The notes beneath the pieces were generated by a model. That model saw only the letters and a list, made by a program, of their open reading frames with translations, was not told the DNA's origin and made no database searches. A program made the translations under genes and the position numbers. Positions 36,535 to 48,600 of a stretch of DNA of 49,832 nt are shown one piece after another. Source of the DNA: Candidatus Parcubacteria bacterium. GTDB taxonomy: Bacteria > Patescibacteriota > Saccharimonadia > UBA4664 > JBIOIQ01. Positions within the stretch are counted from its first letter, which is position 1. The number at the start of each line of letters is the position of its first letter. The DNA lies in the NCBI GenBank assembly GCA_963718875.1, contig OY970378.1, positions 820,433-870,264 on the forward strand. Direction: 5' to 3'.

Positions 36535-37566
36535 ATGGATAGCCCTTCCTCAAATCCCCCGTCTAAGCCTTCTGGGTCTCCGGAAGCTGTTGTGCTGCAA
36601 CCGCGAACAGAAGGGAACAATACTGACACGGCCAATGGCTCACCGAACAAGAGCGATCAACCTATTCATTTAGCCAAGCGATCCTTTAAGCCGAGTCATA
36701 AGGCTACTTTTATCGCGCTTATTGTAATCTCTGTTTTGCTATTGGCAACAGTTGGATCAGTTATTTTTATTGTTTCTCGTGGCTCAAAAACAAAAGCTCC
36801 CAAAGCTCTGTCTGAAATTAACGTCAATAAAAGTGTTCTTGACCAGTTAGGCGTTAATCGCAGTTCATCAGGAGATGCCTCTATAGCCTTAGTTGTTTCG
36901 CCTAATGCTCAATTTAACGGTACCTTAACAGTTAGTAAAGATGTCAAAATCGGCACCAAGCTAACGGCCGGGCAAACCAGTTTAACTGGGCTTGACGCTG
37001 GTAATACATCGCTAACACAGTTAAACGTTAATGGCCCTTCGAGCTTGAGTGATACAAACGTTCGTACAAATCTGTCTGTGACGGGGACAACCCGGCTGCA
37101 AGGACCTGTAACTCTTGAAAAGCTACTCACTATATTAAATGGAGTCAATATTACGGGCGACCTAACCGTAGGTGGAACCTTAACAACCAATAACTTTACT
37201 GCGCGCAGCTTAACGTCCACGTCAACGCTGACTGTCGGCGGGCATGTTATTACGAACGGCCCAGTCCCGGGAATTTCGCAAGGATCAGCTCCCGGCCCAT
37301 CCGGCACTGTTTCGATAAGTGGTAATGACGCCTCAGGCACTATTGCCATGAACACGGGCCAGGCCCCCTTAGCAGGGATTATTGCCAGCATTACCTTTCG
37401 AACTCCTTACGGTAATACGCCCCGCGTGATAGTATCAGCATCGAGTCCTGCTGCTGGATCGCTGCAGTTTTATGTAAACCGCAGCCCTACCGGTTTTACG
37501 CTTGGGACTAACAATCCACCAGTCGCGGCCAGCGTGTATGTATTTGATTATATTGTGCAGCAGTAG
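36535..37566 (+). CDS. Type II membrane protein: disordered N-terminus, TM, beta-helical repeats, C-terminal H-type-lectin-like domain
   Basis: 343 aa with TM FIALIVISVLLLATVGSVIFIV. Repeats of the kind L(T/N)V(S/N)G...L(T/S)V. The C-terminus ITFRTPYGNTPRVIVSAS...TGFTLGT resembles H-type lectin modules (tentative). Confidence 0.65.
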   Translation: MDSPSSNPPSKPSGSPEAVVLQPRTEGNNTDTANGSPNKSDQPIHLAKRSFKPSHKATFIALIVISVLLLATVGSVIFIVSRGSKTKAPKALSEINVNKSVLDQLGVNRSSSGDASIALVVSPNAQFNGTLTVSKDVKIGTKLTAGQTSLTGLDAGNTSLTQLNVNGPSSLSDTNVRTNLSVTGTTRLQGPVTLEKLLTILNGVNITGDLTVGGTLTTNNFTARSLTSTSTLTVGGHVITNGPVPGISQGSAPGPSGTVSISGNDASGTIAMNTGQAPLAGIIASITFRTPYGNTPRVIVSASSPAAGSLQFYVNRSPTGFTLGTNNPPVAASVYVFDYIVQQ

Positions 37567-37575
37567 TAACTCTCA

Positions 37576-37656
37576 CGAATTATGAATTAGGAATTAAGAA
37601 TAATGGCCACTGATTCGCCCCATACTTAATTCATTATTCCTTATTCTTTATTCGCA
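37576..37656. repeat. AT-rich imperfect-hairpin repeat, copy A (left flank of the GC-rich islet)
   Basis: CGAATTATGAATTAGGAATTAAGAATAATGG...ATACTTAATTCATTATTCCTTATTCTTTATTCGCA is a direct repeat of 38257-38336. Confidence 0.8.
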
Positions 37657-37748
37657 TAGTGCTTACCCAAAGAAAGAACCCCCGTGCGGGTGCTTTCCAC
37701 TTCTTGTAAAAGCGATTGCAGCCCAATCACGGGGGCTTGAGGAGGGGT

Positions 37749-38123
37749 CTAAGATGCGACCCTGGAGAGTAGTTTGCGCAGCCTGTACGGACGCCTGTAG
37801 GCGGACATCCCGTCCCAACTGGTAGCCCATTCTTCGGGCGACCAAGAAAAGACGTTTGCTGTGTCGCGACTGCAGATGACTAAACCCTCCTCTCGGAGAG
37901 CCTGAAGCGCCTCTGCCACTTCCGGTCCACTACGCTTGATGTACCTAGCGATGGCGCTAGGCTTCATCGGGTCGAGCCCAGAGTTCTGCAACTCCCGAAG
38001 CACTCGGAGCTTGATCTTCTTATCCTTGCTCCAGAAGATGCTCCGCCACCCCAACGAGGGGCGGAAGAGGAAGTACACCATGGCTCCCCACAGGAGCGAC
38101 CACAGTATTAACTGCCTGGTCAT
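37749..38123 (-). CDS. Small membrane-anchored putative winged-helix protein in a GC-rich islet
   Basis: 124 aa. N-terminal TM LILWSLLWGAMVYFLF, then KLRVLRELQNSGLDPMKPSAIARYIKRSGPEVAEALQALREEGLV, which is wHTH-like. GC content is visibly higher than in the flanking DNA. Confidence 0.5.
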   Translation of the reverse strand: MTRQLILWSLLWGAMVYFLFRPSLGWRSIFWSKDKKIKLRVLRELQNSGLDPMKPSAIARYIKRSGPEVAEALQALREEGLVICSRDTANVFSWSPEEWATSWDGMSAYRRPYRLRKLLSRVAS

Positions 38124-38256
38124 TTCGAATCTCCTTGGTCGTTTTGGGTACGAGCGGATGCTGCCGTAAAATCAGATCCTTCTGATTTCTCGGAAGATCT
38201 ACGTATCATAGCATAAGTGGTATTAAAAGTCAAACGACGACACACGGCAACTTTTG

Positions 38257-38336
38257 CGAATTAAGGATTAGGAATTAGGAATAAATGACTGCTTGGGAGA
38301 TGCCTCTCATACTTAATTCATTATTCTTTATTCGCA
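38257..38336. repeat. AT-rich imperfect-hairpin repeat, copy B (right flank of the GC-rich islet)
   Basis: CGAATTAAGGATTAGGAATTAGGAATAAATG...ATACTTAATTCATTATTCTTTATTCGCA. The right half is identical to copy A apart from a 6-nt indel. Confidence 0.8.
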
Positions 38337-38344
38337 ATACCACC

Positions 38345-40982
<2,638 letters not shown>

Positions 40983-40996
<14 letters not shown>

Positions 40997-42503
40997 CTAC
41001 TTTGTCCTTCTTCTTATCCTTCTTCTTGCCCTTTTTGCCTTTACCTTGCTCTGGTTCGGGCTCTGGCGGAGGTGGAGGGGGCGGCGGGGGGGCCGGCGAA
41101 TGTTTTTTGACTAGGTCTTTTTCAACATTGTCGAAGTCAGCTTCTTCTTTGACCCCTGCACCAACCTCTTGGGCTGACTGTTTGAGCGCCGGGATATCTA
41201 GCTTGATTTTGCCTTCGCCCAAAATAATAGTTTCGAGTATCAGCTGTTGCTCCACTAACGAATATAGTTCATCCGGGGACTGTTTTAGAGCTTCATAAAG
41301 TTGTTTTCCTAGTTGTAAATTCAAAGTGGCTTCGGGGGATAAAGAAGATCCAAAGTGAGAGAACTCTTCAGCTTGATGATAACTGGCAAGCTTTTTAAAC
41401 AAGGTGCCTGAAAGGCGTTTCTGACGAACCGTTTGAGCCTGTCCACCGACGCGCGATACCGACAAACCGGCGTTAACGCCTGGACGAACTCCGGCCCGAA
41501 ATGATTTGAGGTCAAAAATAATCTGGCCGTCGGTAATAGACATGATAGTAGTTGGCAAGTAAGCTGTAATGTCGTCATTGGGTGTCATAATTACCGGAAG
41601 AGAAGTAAGGGTTTTCCCAGTATCCAGCTTTTTTCCGGCTCGCTCAAGCAAGGATGAGTGGGCATAAAACATATCTCCAGGGTACGAGTCTCGCCCCGGA
41701 TCAACTTCCTCGAGTAGTGACAACTCTCGATATGCTTCAGCATGACTCGAAAGGTCGTCATAGATGATAATGACGTCTCTCCCCTGCTCCCACAAATGTT
41801 CGGCCATGGCACAGCCCGCGTAAGGAGCAATATAACTTTGTGTCAACGAGTCAAACAGGTTCGCCACTACCACTATCGAATGGGCCATAGCGCCCGTAGT
41901 ATTTAAGTGATTGAGCAGGTTATTGATATCAACCTTGCGTTTACCAATTAGTACGTAAACTACGATGCGGTCTTTACCCATTTGGTTAACGGTAAGTTGT
42001 GTCAAATAGGTACTTTTACCCGATTTGGTATCACCCAATATGGCAATACGTTGGCCAAGCACAACCGGGAAAAGCATGTCCACAAAAGGCACACCGCTTT
42101 CAAGCTGGTCTTTGAGCATACTCCTGGCCATAATGCCAGGGGCGGGATTAAAAATACCCGATGTACTTTTGAACTGGATGGGGCCTTTGTTGTCCAGAGG
42201 CTGGCCAAGTGGCGAGACTACCCGCCCAATCAAGCCGTCCCCCACAGGAATACTGAGTAAATCGTTCTGAACCACAACCAAAGTCCCAGGCTCCATTTCT
42301 TCCGAGTCCAGATTGAATAATAGTACTTTGTCGCCTCGAGCTTCTCGAACCAGCCCGCGATCACCGTTTTCGAATAGCACCTGGGCTCCCAGGCGTGCCC
42401 CAAAAAGTCCCTTTACTTCAACAATAAAGCTATTTGAGGCTACCACTTCCCCGGTTAAGTTATTGGCTTGCACCAATGATTCAAACGTTTGATTATTAAA
42501 CAC
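40983..42503 (-). CDS. atpA: F1 ATP synthase alpha subunit with a poly-Pro / Lys-rich C-terminal tail
   Basis: 506 aa with Walker A GDTKSGKST and DDLSSHAEAYRELSLL. The tail is PAPPPPPPPPPEPEPEQGKGKKGKKKDKKKDK. GTG start. Confidence 0.96.
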
Positions 42504-42990
42504 GGTTTAAAACTTTCGTAAACTCATCCTTTTGGTCGAGGATTTTTTTTCGAAACGACCAATCATAGACATGACTACCCATCCTCACCACCAACCCGCC
42601 TAAAAGAGTGGAGTCACACTGGAAAGTCACCAACGCTTGATGGCTAATCTCTTGACGCACCCAACCAACCAAGCGTTGCTTGACAGGTTCGGATGCTATG
42701 CCGGCGAGGACCATGGTAATAGTTGGGGCTTCCTCGCGAATTTTTTGAAGAGCTGCAATCAGCTCATCAAAAGTAGCGCCTGTAATGGTCTGTTCTTTTT
42801 GGATATCGGCTAGCAGCTCCAAGCTTGCCACTGACAGCTTAGGGGCATTTTCGACTTGAATCCCTAGCCCTACGCGGCCGCGAATATCTTCGTGCCCATA
42901 CCAATTGGCATAGGTTTGAAGTTCATTAATGACAAGGATTAGCCTGGTACTGGAGTACAGCCATGACGAAAGCTCAACCTTCATTAGCAA
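42496..42990 (-). CDS. atpH: F1 ATP synthase delta (OSCP) subunit
   Basis: 164 aa. The C-terminal LLGGLVVRMGSHVYDWSFRKKI matches the OSCP signature. Operon position is consistent. Confidence 0.8.
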   Translation of the reverse strand: MLMKVELSSWLYSSTRLILVINELQTYANWYGHEDIRGRVGLGIQVENAPKLSVASLELLADIQKEQTITGATFDELIAALQKIREEAPTITMVLAGIASEPVKQRLVGWVRQEISHQALVTFQCDSTLLGGLVVRMGSHVYDWSFRKKILDQKDEFTKVLNRV

Positions 42991-43585
42991 CCTCGGCTTT
43001 TAGTTCCTCTTTGTGCTCGTTGAGCGTAGCTTCTAGGTAAGGCAATTGGGCACCCAGATCCACATTATGCTGCAGTGTTTCAAGCAGAAAGGTAATGACC
43101 GAGTCGTTGAGCTTGGTTGATAACGCTGCTAGCAAACGTTGTTTTTCGGCCTCAACTTCCTTTCTCATGTCAGCCTCAAGTGCCTGCCGTTGTTTTTGGG
43201 CGGCAGCCTGGACTTCCCCCATTCCTGATAGTGCTTCCTCGCGCAATTTAGATAAGCCCGTGCGATACTCTTCGAGTTCGGTGGCGATAATATTAGTTGA
43301 AAGGTTCTTAATCTGACTATTAATGACGCCCGAGGTGTCGGTGAGATCATGGCTAAACTTCTCGGCCGAGAGGTCTAGCGCCTTTAGGTAATCATCCTTT
43401 GTCTCATGTATAAGCTGGTCTTTAACTTCCTGAGGTACTACAACTGCGTTGGTTACAGGGACAGCAGGTTGGCTGTCTGGCGGAACTGAGCCGCGGTCTC
43501 GAATAGCAAGAGCATAGGCTACGCCAATACCAAATATAAAACTGGCTGGAAGTGCAATGATTTGGATGATGCTTATTGTATTCAT
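42974..43585 (-). CDS. atpF: Fo ATP synthase b subunit
   Basis: 203 aa: an N-terminal TM helix followed by a long charged coiled coil. Operon position directly upstream of atpH. Confidence 0.7.
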   Translation of the reverse strand: MNTISIIQIIALPASFIFGIGVAYALAIRDRGSVPPDSQPAVPVTNAVVVPQEVKDQLIHETKDDYLKALDLSAEKFSHDLTDTSGVINSQIKNLSTNIIATELEEYRTGLSKLREEALSGMGEVQAAAQKQRQALEADMRKEVEAEKQRLLAALSTKLNDSVITFLLETLQHNVDLGAQLPYLEATLNEHKEELKAEVANEG

Positions 43586-44440
43586 CTATAGTTTACTCAA
43601 AATAAAGTAAATACAGGCCATTGACGCCCCTAAGATAGTTATGACCAAGGCCACTACTTGCAATAGGCTGCGGTAAACCGCTGCCTGAGACAAGGGGTTG
43701 CGACCGACGGAAATAATGCTTGAGCGAATTGCCGAATATACTAAGCTTAATATGCTTATAACAGTGACGATAAAAATAGCTAGGCTCAATATTATGGGTA
43801 AAGGTGAAACGGCTTTTTTTGCTACAGAGTTAGCTATGTTTTGCAGTACAGACGGGATAATGGTCTTTTCTGGCTGCTTGAAGTAGTATGCCACCGCTAC
43901 AAGCACTTGGACCTCGCCAAGCACGGCCTGCTGTTTTTGACCATTTTTATCAGTTAGAGTTTGGTTGGTTTTACCAGGACTTTGACTAAGATCACCTTGG
44001 GCCACGCCAATCACTTTGATGTTACCGGTAGCCTTCATACCCACCCCAGCAATCGGCGAGGCAGTAATTGGGTCCCCTGCGCGTATGTCCCCGCTAATAC
44101 TTGACACCAAAACCCCCACCGATCCGGCTGTGACTACCTGGACCTGATTTTTTTTATCAGACGATAAGGTTAAAACTGAGCTGTCGCCGCTCACTACCAC
44201 GCCAAAAAGATTATCGACGGTATCAATGGTAGCGCCCACCACCTTATTACTGTTGTCCTTATCAAGGCTAACGATCGAACCTATCGCTAGCGGCTGATTT
44301 GATTGAAAGCCCTGAGTTAAACCTACGTTAGCCCGCATAACGGTTGGACTGGCCAACGCAAATAAGATAGCTATGCTCATACTGAGCAAGCCTACAATGC
44401 GACTAGCTTTATTCAACTTATCGAGCGTCTCTGGCATCAC
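43586..44440 (-). CDS. Hypothetical membrane protein occupying the atpE position: exported beta-rich domain + C-terminal helical hairpin with a GRNP loop
   Basis: 284 aa. Its stop TAG directly abuts the atpF ATG (TAGATG). N-terminal anchor. C-terminal PLPIILSLAIFIVTVISILSLVYSAI-RSSIISVGRNPLSQ-AAVYRSLLQVVALVITILGASMACIYFIL. Confidence 0.6.
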   Translation of the reverse strand: MMPETLDKLNKASRIVGLLSMSIAILFALASPTVMRANVGLTQGFQSNQPLAIGSIVSLDKDNSNKVVGATIDTVDNLFGVVVSGDSSVLTLSSDKKNQVQVVTAGSVGVLVSSISGDIRAGDPITASPIAGVGMKATGNIKVIGVAQGDLSQSPGKTNQTLTDKNGQKQQAVLGEVQVLVAVAYYFKQPEKTIIPSVLQNIANSVAKKAVSPLPIILSLAIFIVTVISILSLVYSAIRSSIISVGRNPLSQAAVYRSLLQVVALVITILGASMACIYFILSKL

Positions 44441-44463
44441 CTCTTTTACGCTTACGCTTACAA

Positions 44464-45120
44464 TTATACACGCATTTGGCGTGGATTTACGATACCGACA
44501 TCACTAGAATTAAACTCAAGAGGTTGATCCTCTTGAAATCCAGCCCTGGCTTTGCAGTAGTCCATGTAGTTTTCGATGCCATCGAAAGAGTCGATAATGG
44601 TGCCAGCAGAAAGCCAATTCGGGCTAAACCCCCCTGTATAGAACTTCAGGCTTGAGTAGGGATATTTAAGACATACTCCTAAGTCCATAGTGTTTGGATT
44701 TAGATGAATATAACTGGAAATATCAAGTAAATAAGGTTGGTTCTCTATTAGAGAGCCTTTGTATATCCCCTGAAATAAAGGTCCTACTCTCCTATACTTG
44801 AGATTAAAGTACATTGCGTAACCGGTCATGATTCGACGCATGAAGTCAGTGAGTCCGCTTTGCGTTTTTTGTTTGACTAGTAGATGAAAATGATTTGGCA
44901 TCAAGCAAAAAGCCAATAATTCTATTTGATCGTTTAGCTTAGGGTAGCAAACGCCGGCGCTATCAAATCGATCTTCAGCGCCAAGGTAGATATCGAAATA
45001 CTTCATAAAACGGATGTAATCAGCTCGGTTTAAGAATACTCGCCTTTTCTCGACTCCTCGGTTGTAAACATGGTAAATTCCACCTTCTAAATACTTTTTG
45101 ACTGTATTGGCGCTTGGCAT
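44464..45120 (-). CDS. IS200/IS605-family Y1 (HUH) transposase, RayT/REP-associated-like
   Basis: 218 aa with HUH motif MPNHFHLLV and catalytic Tyr context SSYIHLNP. The N-terminus is GIYHVYNRG. Confidence 0.85.
   Translation of the reverse strand: MPSANTVKKYLEGGIYHVYNRGVEKRRVFLNRADYIRFMKYFDIYLGAEDRFDSAGVCYPKLNDQIELLAFCLMPNHFHLLVKQKTQSGLTDFMRRIMTGYAMYFNLKYRRVGPLFQGIYKGSLIENQPYLLDISSYIHLNPNTMDLGVCLKYPYSSLKFYTGGFSPNWLSAGTIIDSFDGIENYMDYCKARAGFQEDQPLEFNSSDVGIVNPRQMRV
44515..44535. repeat. Hairpin motif CTCAAGAGGTTGATCCTCTTG (left copy, inside the 3' end of the transposase ORF)
   Basis: Exact reverse complement of 45166-45186. Each copy folds as a 7-bp stem CAAGAGG/CCTCTTG. Confidence 0.9.
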
Positions 45121-45165
45121 AGATTCAACTTACGGTATTTGTTCGGTATGTGCAAGCATTAGCGG

Positions 45166-45186
45166 CAAGAGGATCAACCTCTTGAG
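45166..45186. repeat. Hairpin motif CAAGAGGATCAACCTCTTGAG (right copy, upstream of the transposase start)
   Basis: Exact reverse complement of 44515-44535. Confidence 0.9.
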
Positions 45187-45188
45187 CC

Positions 45189-45677
45189 CTATTTAAATGA
45201 AGCCAGGTTGTTGAAGAATTTGCGCCACTGATCATCAGTCAAGTCGTGATCGGCCCGTACAAACATTAGCGTTCCATGAGCTTTGGTAACTGCTGCCTGC
45301 TGGTTATTAGAGTTAGGTGGACGTGTCAAAGCCACTTTACCACTTGAGCTATCAAAACTAGCGTAGGGGCGCATACCGCTAACAAGCTTATCGTAAGCTT
45401 GGGGCACATCAATAAAGGCCTCTGGAGTCGCCTGATTACTTACTGTTAGCCGCGACCCGTCTAGCATTGCATAATATGTTAAAACCTTTTCATCGGCATT
45501 ATATTTAATGCTACTTCGATGAAGCTGCGCCGGATTGTTCTTGCCCGGATACAGCACCACAAAACTAACCTGGTGCCTCACACTCCGCGGCAGCAATGGA
45601 CGATTTAGCCAAAGCCAGCCAAAAACCGCCAGTATTGCTATTGCCAATCCGCCCAAAGCTAACCATCGCTTATTCAT
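45189..45677 (-). CDS. Membrane-anchored accessory protein, paralogue of the ORF at 12502-13158
   Basis: 162 aa with an N-terminal TM. LTVSNQATPEAF and GTLMFVRADHDLTDDQWRKFFNNL align with ITISQQPLPQSF and GLLVFLYAEHKIEDAAWTDYINKL of the 218-aa protein. It lies 6 nt downstream of the giant gene. Confidence 0.6.
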   Translation of the reverse strand: MNKRWLALGGLAIAILAVFGWLWLNRPLLPRSVRHQVSFVVLYPGKNNPAQLHRSSIKYNADEKVLTYYAMLDGSRLTVSNQATPEAFIDVPQAYDKLVSGMRPYASFDSSSGKVALTRPPNSNNQQAAVTKAHGTLMFVRADHDLTDDQWRKFFNNLASFK

Positions 45678-45682
45678 ATCCT

Positions 45683-48600
45683 TTAATTTAGATTCATAAC
45701 CGTATACAGCGAGCGACCACAGTTTACCGGTGAACCGGCCACTCCAGCCGTACAGGCTGTACCAGGAAAGGCCACCCGGGTATAACCGGCATAAGCATAT
45801 AGGGCGCTAATTGTAGCACTAAATGACGCACCACCGTTACAAGCATTGCCAAGCCCCGTACAGTTAATGGTGCCAGTAGCAGGAGCGGCTACTGTCACGG
45901 CATACCCGGCCGTAGTGGCTCCGCTTTGAATAAATGCATTCGCCGAACCGGCCGTTGCTTTAATGTAAGCCGAGCCGCTAGTTGCAATAATGCCCGAAGG
46001 AGCGTTACTGACGCTAGCTGCGCCACTCGAGGCGACTACCACTCCGCGTAAAGATAATCCGGCTGTTGCGCCTGCCGTCGCCACGCCGTTTCCGCTCGAC
46101 ACCACTAGTTGTCCAATACCCAGGGCAGCGGCGCTAGTGGTGTATTCTTTTTGAGAAGTCGTAAAGGTGCGGGTATCGTAAACCGCTGTCAGAACAGCCG
46201 AGCCGTTGGTGCCTCTAACGTCGGCGATACATAAAGCTGGATTTGCCGCATCCCAGGCCGGAAAACCACCGATTTCTGGAGCAGGGGCCGTCAAGCTAAG
46301 CGCCCCGGAAGTATCGAAACAGACGTGCTGGAATATGTTAGTCGTCGTCATACTCGACAAGGTCAAAGTGGTAGCGCTGGCTACGATTACCTTGCGGCCG
46401 CGGCTATAGGCCACACAAGGCTGAACTACGACCTGGCTAGTAGAAGAAGTAGATGCCGAAACCCTGCATGGACCGGTTACGGCAGCGGTTTGTACGCTGG
46501 GCAAATCACCTGGGTTAGACCCAGAATCTGGCACCACACCATAGAGCAAGACGCCCATACCTCCCGTCGTCATAACATCTTCCCATGCGCTATTGATACA
46601 ACCACGAATCGCGTTGGTGTTGGTGTTGTAGTAAATGGCGCCTTGGTTAGTCGTAGCATTACATGTACCTGTATCGGCAAATGTCGAGAATGAATCCAGC
46701 TGCAACAAAACTTGAGTTGTGTCCGTAGCAGCAGAGCCGACAATCAATTTATCGTTGACTGTATCGACCGTGAAAATAGACCTGCCAGTTGCATCTTGGA
46801 TTTGAAAGTTAGTAGTAGAATCATTTGCGTTACGCACATTCACCGGCGAGGTAATCGTAGCGTTAAACGATATACCCCCGGCACCGTAGCCTGTCGCCAC
46901 CGATCCCAGCTCCACCTGCACCGAATCAATATAAAAGGTGTGCGCCGTAGCACCGGTTTGCTTAATGATAATGTAGGCGTTGGCTGCTGGCACAGTCCCA
47001 TCAGTTGCAATCGTACAGCTAAATCTGGTCCAGCCGCCGCTAATCACCGTCTGAGTTACCAGCCCGGTACAAGCCGTTGTGTCGGTCGCGCCGTCTCGTC
47101 CGTAGGCCGCCGTAATGTCAGTAAACGCTGCGCTAGCCACATCTAGCCTAGCGTACCAACTTAAGGTATAAGTAGCACTAGTTGCCAGTGCCGGTACTGC
47201 CGGGTTGCCGTTTGCCAGTGTAAACTTGGCTCCGTTATTAGCATTAGCGCTCGTCACAACCTTAAGCGCATAGCTTCCTGTATACGAGGTTGAGCTGTCT
47301 CTGATCACACTACCCGGTGTGCCGCTGTATGTCCAGCCGTTAGGCGTTACTTCAAAGCCGGCGTTGCCAGCCATAATATTTATATCGGTCGTTTCGACTG
47401 TAAAAAGATTTGCTCCTTTCGAAGTTAAAACTTGAAACGCCGTCGTCGAATTGCTGGTGTTTTGTATCGTCAGCGGCGAAGTAATTGAACCCTGCAAACT
47501 TATTTGGCCTTCTCTGTAAGCCGGCGTAAAGTTGGCCTCTGTTTGTAGTATCACCGCATCAATATTAATAGAGTTTCGGGCCACGGCGTCGGTTTGCCTG
47601 ACGTATATGTAGGGGCTACCCGAAACCGTGCCAGTCAAAAAGGTACAGGTGTAGCGTGTCCAACCGTTTTTAGCCACTGTTTGCGCACTTAAGCAGGCAG
47701 TATCGGCACTGCCATTTTCACTGCGGCCAATCTCTAGCGTGCTCATATTCCCGGCCGACGACCTAGCGTATAGGCTCATGGTGTAGGTAGTGGCGCTGAC
47801 CAAACTAACGTTTTGCCTAGCACCATCACCCGTGGTAGTAGTAATTATCTTTAATGAATTATTCCCGTAATATTTATCGCTAGAATCCTGCGAAACCGTA
47901 GCTGAGCCTTTAAGTGCCCAGTTACCAGATATGGCCGATTCCACACTAGGGTTGGTCACCAAGTTATTACTATTATTAGCCGTGGTATCAACATTAATCA
48001 GCGCCGCTCCAGCCTGGTTTTGGACTTGAAAAGCCGTCGTTGAGTTGGCGGCATTTTTGAACAGTGCTGAGTTGTTAACTGTTAAAGCTCCTGTAGTCGT
48101 TAATGCGCCCCCTGTAGTTAATATTCCCGTACCAGTGTTTATTGATCCGTTGCCAGTAGTCTGAACCGATAACGTATTAGCTCCAATGTCCCAAGTACTA
48201 GGAGCTGCACCAGTCAAGTTCAATGCTCCTGCTGAAGTAATTGCCAGTGTTCCAGATGTTGTAGTTGAAACCGATAGCGGGCCCGACGCCACCGTCATCG
48301 TTAAGCCGCCAGTACTAGGTCCGGTGATAGTCCGGGCAGCAGTACCAGAAAAGGTAACGTTGCCGCCTTGTGTTAGCAACCCTGTACCGGTAGTTATGGC
48401 ACCGTTACCAGTCGTTTGCAATGACAACAAGTTGTTGCCTATGTCCCAAGTACTAGGAGCTGCTCCAGTGAAGTTTAAAGCTGCAGCTGAATTAAGAGCT
48501 AGGGTACCCGCAGTCGTGGTAGATAAAGTTAATGGACCCGAAGCAACGGTAGTAGTCAGGCCTCCTGTGCTTGGCCCAGTAATAGTGCGAGCAGCTGTAC

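Larger units (their letters stand above)
44464..45186 (-). mobile_element. Single-gene IS200-like / RayT unit bounded by hairpin inverted repeats
   Basis: The transposase ORF lies between two 21-bp self-complementary motifs in inverted orientation (44515-44535, 45166-45186). True ends are not determinable from one copy. Confidence 0.5.

Noticed and set aside
37663-37845. 60-aa minus-strand ORF in the GC-rich islet
   Set aside because: It overlaps the 3' end of the longer 124-aa ORF in another frame and has no motifs. High GC inflates spurious ORF length.
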